DNA of 64,000 nucleotides from Plasmodiophora brassicae (Eukaryota): NCBI GenBank assembly GCA_036867785.1, contig CP145411.1, positions 1 to 64,000 of the forward strand, read 5' to 3'. Shown piece by piece: positions 56,826 to 64,000 of this stretch (position 1 is its first letter; each line of letters starts with the position of its first letter). The notes under the pieces were generated by a model. It saw only the letters and a program-made list of their open reading frames with translations, ran no database searches and was not told where the DNA came from. The position numbers and the translations under genes were made by a program.

Positions 56826-59165
56826 CTACAGGGCGGCCAGGGCGATGGCCGCGACGATGACGGTGACAATGACGGCGGATGGCGCCGCCGTGTCGGCCGG
56901 GCTGGGCATGAAGCTGAGGCTGCCGGTGCCGAGCATGTTGCCGGCGGTGCCGGTCAGGCCGCCCGCCATGCCGAACGGGGTCGCACCGGCGACCGCGCAC
57001 GTGTACGCGACGGTCAGCGTGTCCGGGTTCGTGTTGGACCCGATGGCCTGGCCGGGCTGTACGAACATGCCGCCGCCGCTGACCGTGACGCATTGCTGGC
57101 CGTTGTTGGTCGGCGAACCCAGCACCATGGTCGTGGCGCCGACGTTGCACGTGTTCGTGTTCAGGCACGACTTGGCGATCGTCTGCGTCACGTTCATCGT
57201 GCAGTACCCGTTGACGTTCGGCGACGGGCACTGGCCGGGTGTCTGACCCCAGGCGGCCGCCGTGATCGACGAGATCACCATCCCGGTCGGGCACGTCAGC
57301 GTGGCGTTCGTCTGGCCGACCTGCGTCTGCACACAGGTGCTCTGGCCCGTGCCCGAGTACCCGCTGCCGTACCCGTTGTACCCGTAGCCATTGCCGCCAT
57401 AGCCGCTGTACCCGTTGCCGTACCCGCTACCGTAGCCGTTGTTGCCCCAGTAGCCGTTGCCGCTGCCCGAGTACCCGGATCCATAGTTCTGGTTCCAGTA
57501 GCCGTTGCCCGAGTACCCGTTGCCGTTGCCGTAGTAGCCGCTGCCCGAGTACCCGTTGCCGTTGCCCGAGTACCCGTTGCCACTGCCGTAGTAGCCGCTG
57601 CCCGAGTACCCGTTGCCGTAGTAGCCGTTGCCCGAGTACCCGTTGCCGTTGCCCGAGTACCCGTTGCCGTTGCCCGAGTACCCGTTGCCGTTGCCGTAGT
57701 AGCCGCTGCCCGAGTACCCGTTGCCGTTGCCCGACCAGTAACCGCTGTTGCCGTTGTCGGCCCAGTAGCCATTGCCGTTACCGTTGCCGTTGCCGGACCA
57801 GTAGCCGTTGCCGCTGTAGCCGTTGCCGTTGCCGGACCAGTACGCGTTGCCGCTACCCGATGCGTATCCGCTGCCGGCGTAGTACCCGTTGCCGTTGGCG
57901 TTGTCGACCACGTAGGTGGCGGGGGTGGACTGGGCGAATCCGCCGCTCAGGGCAGCCGCCGATGCCAGCTGCTCGACGGCGCTCAGGGCGGCGTTCGCCG
58001 CGCCGATCGACGTTTGCGGCGCGCCGAACGACGGGACCTGCCCGAGGCCCGCACCGGCGCCGTTGCCAAAGTATCGCGACGTCCACTGGCTGTTGAGCAG
58101 CGCGTTCCACAGCTGCCAGGTCGACATGGCCGACGATTCGACCCAGGACGGGAAGTGGGTCGACGTCAACCCGAAGGGCGACGTCGCGCCGCCGAACATG
58201 CCGGCGTTGCCCAGCAGGGCCCCGGCACCGTTCATGTTGCCGCCGAGCATGCTCTCGTGCTCGAGCAGGCTCTCCAGGGTGCCGGCCGTGCTGCCCAGGT
58301 TGCCGGTGGCGCCCATGCCCGCGTTGCCGAAGGCGCCCATGTTGTTGCCGGACAGGTGGCCGTTGCCGTTCATGTATCTGGACAGCAGGTCGCCGTTGCC
58401 GAGCATGTTGGAGTGGATGCCCCAGTCGCCCATCCAGCCGTTGTTGAAGTTGCTGGAGAACCAGGAGTCCCAGTTGGCGCCCTGCTGGCCAGCCAGGTTC
58501 CAGGCCGAGCTGGCGAACTGACCCCAGCTGGCCAGGTTCGCCTGGTCCGTCGACGACGACCATGGGTACATGTACTGCGTCCAGACCTGGGCCGGGATGT
58601 TCGTGCCCCAGGTCGACCCGAGCGACGTGTCCCACTGCGACGACGACGACGTCGTCGACGCCATGGCGTTCATCGCCGAGACGGCGGCCAGGTGGGCGGC
58701 GGCCGACGACGACTGCTGGGCGGACGACGCCGCTGTGATGGCCGCGTCGGACGCCGAGATGGCCTGCTGCTGGTGGACCGCCTGATGCGCCTGCTGCTGC
58801 TGCTGCTGCTGCATAGCCATGGCAATGCCGGTCTGGCCCGTCAGCATCTGCTGCTGCTGCGCTTGCTGCTGCTGCGCCTGCTGCTGCTGCATGGCCATGG
58901 CAATGCCGGTCTGGCCCGTGAGCATCTGCTGCTGCGCCTGCTGCTGCTGCTGCTGCTGCATGGTCATGGCAATGCCGGTCTGACCCGTCAGCATCTGCTG
59001 CTGCTGGGTGGCGCTGGCCACGATCTGCTCGGCGGCGGCGATCTCTGCCTGCGCCTTCTGGGCGACCAGGACGGGTGCGGCGGCGGCGACCGGTCCCGTG
59101 TACAGGTCGGCGGCGGCGAGCAGGACGCTGGCCGTGAAGATGGATGCGATCATCGTGGAGCGCAT
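56826..59165 (-). CDS. Secreted, GPI-like low-complexity protein: Gln repeats, GNGYS repeats, C-terminal SUEL-like lectin domain
   Basis: 779 aa intronless; signal peptide; QQQQMLTGQTGIAM x3; ~190 aa G/N/Y/S repeat; LTCPTGMVISSITAAAWG..C..C..CLNTNTC; hydrophobic tail. Confidence 0.88.
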   Translation of the reverse strand: MRSTMIASIFTASVLLAAADLYTGPVAAAAPVLVAQKAQAEIAAAEQIVASATQQQQMLTGQTGIAMTMQQQQQQQAQQQMLTGQTGIAMAMQQQQAQQQQAQQQQMLTGQTGIAMAMQQQQQQQAHQAVHQQQAISASDAAITAASSAQQSSSAAAHLAAVSAMNAMASTTSSSSQWDTSLGSTWGTNIPAQVWTQYMYPWSSSTDQANLASWGQFASSAWNLAGQQGANWDSWFSSNFNNGWMGDWGIHSNMLGNGDLLSRYMNGNGHLSGNNMGAFGNAGMGATGNLGSTAGTLESLLEHESMLGGNMNGAGALLGNAGMFGGATSPFGLTSTHFPSWVESSAMSTWQLWNALLNSQWTSRYFGNGAGAGLGQVPSFGAPQTSIGAANAALSAVEQLASAAALSGGFAQSTPATYVVDNANGNGYYAGSGYASGSGNAYWSGNGNGYSGNGYWSGNGNGNGNGYWADNGNSGYWSGNGNGYSGSGYYGNGNGYSGNGNGYSGNGNGYSGNGYYGNGYSGSGYYGSGNGYSGNGNGYSGSGYYGNGNGYSGNGYWNQNYGSGYSGSGNGYWGNNGYGSGYGNGYSGYGGNGYGYNGYGSGYSGTGQSTCVQTQVGQTNATLTCPTGMVISSITAAAWGQTPGQCPSPNVNGYCTMNVTQTIAKSCLNTNTCNVGATTMVLGSPTNNGQQCVTVSGGGMFVQPGQAIGSNTNPDTLTVAYTCAVAGATPFGMAGGLTGTAGNMLGTGSLSFMPSPADTAAPSAVIVTVIVAAIALAAL

Positions 59166-59768
59166 GGCGCTCGAGGACGTCCTTGCTGGGTTTAAATGTA
59201 CGTGTGGCGGTTAGGATATGCGACGCTGAGCGCGCTAGGCGTTAAATACTGAAGTGACCAGCCAGCGAACGGTCACGCCAATGGCGGTGCGGCACGTGCC
59301 CCCCGTAGAGTGACGTCAACGTGCCGCCAGTCTATGACCCGGGGCGGCGCTTGACAGGAGTCACCGCATGATCAGTCGCCTGCCCTCCCGGTCCGCCGAT
59401 GACCCTGTGCGTTGACCTGGCCGCCGGAGATCCACCGGCGGTTGCTGACCCGTCGGCCGAATGCATTAGGCGTCATGCTGCCAAGGCACCGAACTGGGCT
59501 GCGCAGTGAATGGGGTCCAGTATCTTCTTTCTGGTGATGATTTCCAGTAATTAGCCCCGTCCGGGTAAAGGACACAGGGCCGAATCAAGAGGTCTGGGGT
59601 CTTAATTGAAAATTCTGTACCACGTTGCCCAGCTGAATTCTGCAGACGGTGGAGCGATGCAGGCATTCCCTGTCGCAGCCAGTGATACCAAGAACGCGAC
59701 AGGAAACTGGGGGAAGGGGCAGGATTGGAGGTCTGGAACCAGGAGACTGGACGTTCTTGGTAACCGAT

Positions 59769-61097
59769 CTACAATTCGCCAGCTTCCTGGATGAGCGTCG
59801 CAATCGGCTGCCGATCATCTGGGTCGAGGCTGCTAATCGCGGCATCCACGAATGTTCGAACCTGGTTCAACTCGCTGGGTAACAACCAATTCGCCGACTT
59901 CGATTCTTTCTTGGACGCGAAAGCGAGACTGTCCGCCGCCAGGTACACGAGCAGCTCTATGAACGGCCGACGTTCGTTACTGAATTGTAAAGCGGTGCCA
60001 TGGAGATCTTTGACGGTGGACCTGGACGGCGATGCAGTCTTGTTCATGATGTCCGGATCGAGAACGAAGAATATAACGTTGCGCGTAGCGGGCTGATACA
60101 GGAAGCACACGCGTCCGGCGTCAAAAGCGATTTCAATGTCGCTACACAACGGAAGCCCGTTTCGAGGGTCGTCAATGTCTGCGCTGGCGAGAAGGAACGC
60201 CGGCAGCGCTCTCCGGCATCGATAGTCCCACAGATGGGCCGCCTTTACGCTGTGATGTTGGCCTATCCGGTCTGATGGGATCTGTCCTGCAACCATGCAG
60301 AAGCTCCGATCGATATTGTAGAATTCACGAACTCGGTTCGCAAACTGGGCCTGTTGCGTGGAAGGACGCGATGCCGAAGATGACGCGTTCTGCGATGACG
60401 ACAGCCGGACGTACTTTGGATGGAAGAGTGCCCGATAGTAGTGCTGGGCGCTGGGCAGGATCACACGACCCATGTCGGCCAGGGCTTCCATAGCGGGCTG
60501 ACGCTCGGCATGCAGATTGCGCTCTTGCTCAATTATCGTCAATTCAAGAAGCTTGATTTTCTCATCCCGAAGCTTCAGATTCTCATCCCGAAGGTAATCG
60601 ATCTTGTGACCGACCAGCTTGACGTCATCGTCGTACAGAGCGCGCTCGTCACAAGTCCACTGGGCGCGACCAGCGACCAGGTCCTCCAAATGGTCCAGTT
60701 TGCATTCGACATCGTTCATCTGTTTCGTCGGCGTCAACCCTCGACGGCTGCTCGTCGACCGACGACGGATCCATCTCGAGAGCCCCGTTCGGCCATTCGG
60801 TCCGTGTTCCGACCCTGATTGGGTTGATACGATCCCGAAGGTGGTCTTGCTGGGCCGCACATTGCCTGTGCAAGACGATTGAACGGGCGTCGGCACAGCT
60901 GGATGCGTACGATGGACCGCATCGCCAATGGCGTCGACGCCGACCAGAAGGAGCGTATTGGGCAGAACAAGGAACTGGGTTCGGTCAGGGAGGCCCCGGG
61001 ACGTGCCGGTCCACTGGTCCCAGTTCCCGCCGACCTGGTGCTGGACGAATCGATCAATGGCCGACATCGTCTCTCCCGCCGCGAACAAGAACGACAT
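59769..61097 (-). CDS. Crinkler-like HNH endonuclease (start at 61097 or 60719)
   Basis: CMVAG..KAAHLW..DDPRNGLPLCSDIEIAFDAG (HNH_2-like), preceded by the coiled coil LRDENLKLRDEKIKL. Confidence 0.8.
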   Translation of the reverse strand: MSFLFAAGETMSAIDRFVQHQVGGNWDQWTGTSRGLPDRTQFLVLPNTLLLVGVDAIGDAVHRTHPAVPTPVQSSCTGNVRPSKTTFGIVSTQSGSEHGPNGRTGLSRWIRRRSTSSRRGLTPTKQMNDVECKLDHLEDLVAGRAQWTCDERALYDDDVKLVGHKIDYLRDENLKLRDEKIKLLELTIIEQERNLHAERQPAMEALADMGRVILPSAQHYYRALFHPKYVRLSSSQNASSSASRPSTQQAQFANRVREFYNIDRSFCMVAGQIPSDRIGQHHSVKAAHLWDYRCRRALPAFLLASADIDDPRNGLPLCSDIEIAFDAGRVCFLYQPATRNVIFFVLDPDIMNKTASPSRSTVKDLHGTALQFSNERRPFIELLVYLAADSLAFASKKESKSANWLLPSELNQVRTFVDAAISSLDPDDRQPIATLIQEAGEL

Positions 61098-61176
61098 TGC
61101 TTCTCGCCCTGCCACCTGGCCATCCCGACAGAGCCCGACCGGCGCGCGTATGTCGCCTTCGCACGGTCCGCTAAAT

Positions 61177-63087
61177 ATGTTTGGTGTCGTCGTCGCCGGT
61201 GCCCGGCGCCGCGCCCGCGTCCCCTCGTCCTGTCGTCGTCGGTGCATCGGCGACGGCGATCGTGGCTGTGTGGGCGGCGCCGCCCTGGACGACGATGATC
61301 GCCGGCCGCTGCACGAAGTGTCGATGCGGCCGCGCATATCGCTGGCCGAGGCGGTCGTGCGCCTGACGCGCGAGACGAACGCCGCCTGCGCCTGGGCCAT
61401 GTTCGACTGCGTCGTCGGGTCCGACCTGCGCCCGCGCGCCCGCTTCTTCCAGGCCATGCTCGGGTGCTGCCGCCGGTGCCTGCCCGGGAAGGCGCCCGAC
61501 GTGCTGCGGGCCGCCATCGCCCATCGCGTGCCCGTCGGCGCCGACGACGCCCTGTTCCGCGCGTTCCTCGCCGCCTGCCAGGTCGACGCGGGCGCCCTGT
61601 GGCGCGACGCCCTCCAGCTGTACGTCGCGTATGGGCCGCGCTCGCACCAGGTCGTCGCCGACGTCGCCGACCTGTGCCGCCGCGCCCACCACGCCTCGGC
61701 GGCCCTGCCCGTCGTCCGCGACGCCCTGCTGGCGACGACGACGAACGGGGCGACGATGACGCCGGCGCTGGTGGCGACGTTCGCGGCCTGCTGCGCCGAG
61801 GCGCGCTGCCCGGACGGGGCCGACACCGCCGACCTGATCGTTGGCCTGCTGCGCGCCGGCCGCATCCCGCCCGCGCTGTCGGCGCCCACGTTCGCCAACC
61901 TGCTGCGCGCGCTGCTCGCCCACGACCGGCTGGACGCGGCCCTCCTCGCCCTGAACGTCATGGACGGGGTCGGCGCAGGGCCCGCCCCGGACGCCCTGGC
62001 CCTGGTGCTGGGCGGCCTGTCGGCGGGCGGGCGCATCGTCGAGGCCGTCGACCTGTTCGACACGGCCGTGTCGCGGGCGCTGCCCGTCGCCCGCCCCGAC
62101 TTCATCGCCCTGCTGTCGGCGTGCGGGCGCACCGGCGCCGCCTGGGCCGTCCGCCGCCTGCACGACTACGTCGAGACGCAGAACCCGGCGTACCTCGACG
62201 CGTCCGTCGCCGTCGCCTTCATCGCCGTCTACGACCGGGTCGGCGACGTCGACGGCGCCGAGCGCATCTTCCGGGCGCACAGCACGGCGCTGGGCGCGCC
62301 CGACGCCGACGTGTTCGCCGCCCTGCTCCAGGCGCTGTTCGCGAACGGCATGGCGGCGCGGGCGCTTCGCGCGTTCGCCTGGCTGCTGCGCTCGGGCCTG
62401 CCGGTGCCCGGCGCGATCGGCGCCGCGCTGCTCGTCCGGCTCGCCGACGGCGGCCGCCCCGGGGACGCGTTCGCCGTCCTGCTCGCCATGCGCCAGCGCC
62501 ACGTGGGCGGCGTCGGCACGCGCCTGCTCCGCACGCTGGTCGGGGCGTGCGCGCGCGCCCCCGACGCCCTGGCCACGCTGCCGCACCTGGAGCAGTACGC
62601 CGTCGACGCGCGCCTGCTGCCGGGGCGGCGCCTGGCGCCCGCGTTCGTCGCCGCCTACGGCCGATGCGGCGACATGGACGCCGCCGAGCGCGTGTTCCGG
62701 GCGGCGGCGGCGGGTGATGACGCCGACGACGACGACGCCCGCCTGCTCTGCGCGATGATCGGCGCCTGCACGCGGAACGGCATGACGGGGCGGGCCGGCG
62801 ACCTGGCCGAACGGCTGGCCGGGTCGGCGTCGGCGCTGACGCCGGCGGCGTACGCGTGCGTCGTGGCCGCCTGCGCCGATGCCGACCGCGTGCCGGCGGC
62901 GATGCTGGCGTTCCAGGCGATGGCCCGTCGGCGCATGCACGTGGGCGCGTCGTTGCTGGCCGCGTTGGCGTCGGCGTGTGAGCGGTGCGGCGATCAGCGG
63001 GCGCTGCAGGTGCTGGCGGGGCACGCGGCAACGACGCTCCCACGTTCGCCGCCGCCAAACGACCCGGCCGTTGCTCAACGACGCTGA
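61177..63087 (+). CDS. Pentatricopeptide repeat (PPR) protein, probably mitochondrial
   Basis: Arg-rich leader; repeats such as FIALLSACGRTG, FIAVYDRVGDVDGAERIF, FVAAYGRCGDMDAAERVF, AMIGACTRNG. Confidence 0.88.
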   Translation: MFGVVVAGARRRARVPSSCRRRCIGDGDRGCVGGAALDDDDRRPLHEVSMRPRISLAEAVVRLTRETNAACAWAMFDCVVGSDLRPRARFFQAMLGCCRRCLPGKAPDVLRAAIAHRVPVGADDALFRAFLAACQVDAGALWRDALQLYVAYGPRSHQVVADVADLCRRAHHASAALPVVRDALLATTTNGATMTPALVATFAACCAEARCPDGADTADLIVGLLRAGRIPPALSAPTFANLLRALLAHDRLDAALLALNVMDGVGAGPAPDALALVLGGLSAGGRIVEAVDLFDTAVSRALPVARPDFIALLSACGRTGAAWAVRRLHDYVETQNPAYLDASVAVAFIAVYDRVGDVDGAERIFRAHSTALGAPDADVFAALLQALFANGMAARALRAFAWLLRSGLPVPGAIGAALLVRLADGGRPGDAFAVLLAMRQRHVGGVGTRLLRTLVGACARAPDALATLPHLEQYAVDARLLPGRRLAPAFVAAYGRCGDMDAAERVFRAAAAGDDADDDDARLLCAMIGACTRNGMTGRAGDLAERLAGSASALTPAAYACVVAACADADRVPAAMLAFQAMARRRMHVGASLLAALASACERCGDQRALQVLAGHAATTLPRSPPPNDPAVAQRR

Positions 63088-63527
63088 CACGACCGGGCGA
63101 ACGGCCACGCGTCGCTGACGACCGCACGCGCTCCCGGGGTCGTCGTCGTCATCGGCTGTTCGGCGGTGCATGTCCGACGTGCACTCTCTGTCGGGCTGAA
63201 GCCATGACGGAGCGCGAGGCGAGCCTCGAGCAACAGACCGCTGTCACGTTGCCGCTGCTGGGGCGACGACTCTGTACTACAAGTCGCAGCAGGGTGCCTG
63301 TCTGTGTGTGTGTGTGTGCCTGTCGACTGTGTTGCCCAGGACGTACCATGGACGTGGGCGGCGCTCTGCTGGCGCATCGTTCTTGGGGAGCGCGACTCAG
63401 TCGGTGGGGCACCCCGCACCCGGCGTGTGCGTTTTGCAGCACTTTTGCCGCAGATTGTGCGGTGGGTGGGGCAGCCGCCGTGCCGAGTCCGAGTCCGTCA
63501 ACACCGCGGTTCGGTCGGTCGTCGAAC

Positions 63528-64000
63528 ATGTTTCGGGTGGTGCGCCGCGCCGGCCAGCAGCTGCAGCAGCAGCGCGCGTCGCTGTACACGCTCCCGAAGC
63601 TCCGTATGGAATCGCGCGCGATGGGGTCGGTGGATGGCGCTCTCTGATGATGGCCCACGGACGACGACAGCGTATGCGTACGACGCGCTGGAGCCGGTGA
63701 TCAGCAAGGAGATCATGGAGCTGCATCACATGAAGCATCACCAGACGTACGTCACCAACCTGAACAAGTTACTGGAGGGGGCCGACAACGACGACCTGCC
63801 GGCGTCGATCGCGAAGCAGGCCGGCGTCAAGTTCAATGGCGGCGGCCACATTAACCACTCGGTCTTCTGGACGAATCTGGCGCCGCCGAAGAAGGGCGGC
63901 GGCCAGGTGCCGACCTCCGGACCGCTGGTCGACCGCATCAAGGACACGTTCGGCGACGTCAAGGCATTCCAGGAGAAATTCAATGCCCAGACCGCCGCCA
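63528..64000 (+). CDS. SOD2: Manganese superoxide dismutase, 5' part (intron 63604-63670; runs off the window)
   Basis: [55 protein letters not shown] with a transit-like leader. Confidence 0.95.

Noticed and set aside
56751-59195. 814-aa plus-strand ORF with VAVARVP repeats
   Set aside because: Antisense shadow of the GNGYS-repeat gene, which has the signal peptide, lectin cysteines and tail.
61100-63171. N-terminal half of the 787-aa ORF, and the 666-aa minus ORF, as real overlapping genes
   Set aside because: Antisense to the PPR gene; stop-free only because of extreme GC content.

Overview
Left end of a GC-rich eukaryotic chromosome. It starts with ~360 bp of (CCCTAAAA)n telomere (TTTTAGGG type). 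Genes are dense, with short (~55-75 nt) GT-AG introns; this fits a phytomyxid protist such as Plasmodiophora brassicae (inference, not proven). 0.4-11.7 kb is a decayed subtelomeric zone: tandem relics of an unknown gene family, a fold-back hairpin and a frameshifted Crinkler-like nuclease-kinase gene. 11.9-43.2 kb holds mostly intact genes: a MYCBP2-type RING-Cys-relay E3 ligase with an unusual Ubl-C2-RRM-PH-IBR front end, a CIP2A-like gene, secreted/GPI-like proteins, a 3x SUEL lectin, CAND1, EAPP, GPATCH1, a RING protein, DUF962, a CACTA relic and a 7TM protein. This block is bracketed by an inverted segmental duplication (8.3-12.3 kb vs 43.9-48.5 kb), whose distal copy carries an 862-bp hAT-type insertion with the empty site visible in the proximal copy. 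Further on are a secreted F-box/ankyrin-like candidate, a DPB2 pseudogene, a second hairpin, an OSCA/TMEM63 channel, a Gln/GNGYS-repeat lectin surface protein, a Crinkler-like HNH nuclease, a PPR protein and the 5' part of MnSOD. All assignments come from reading motifs by eye; no searches were run.
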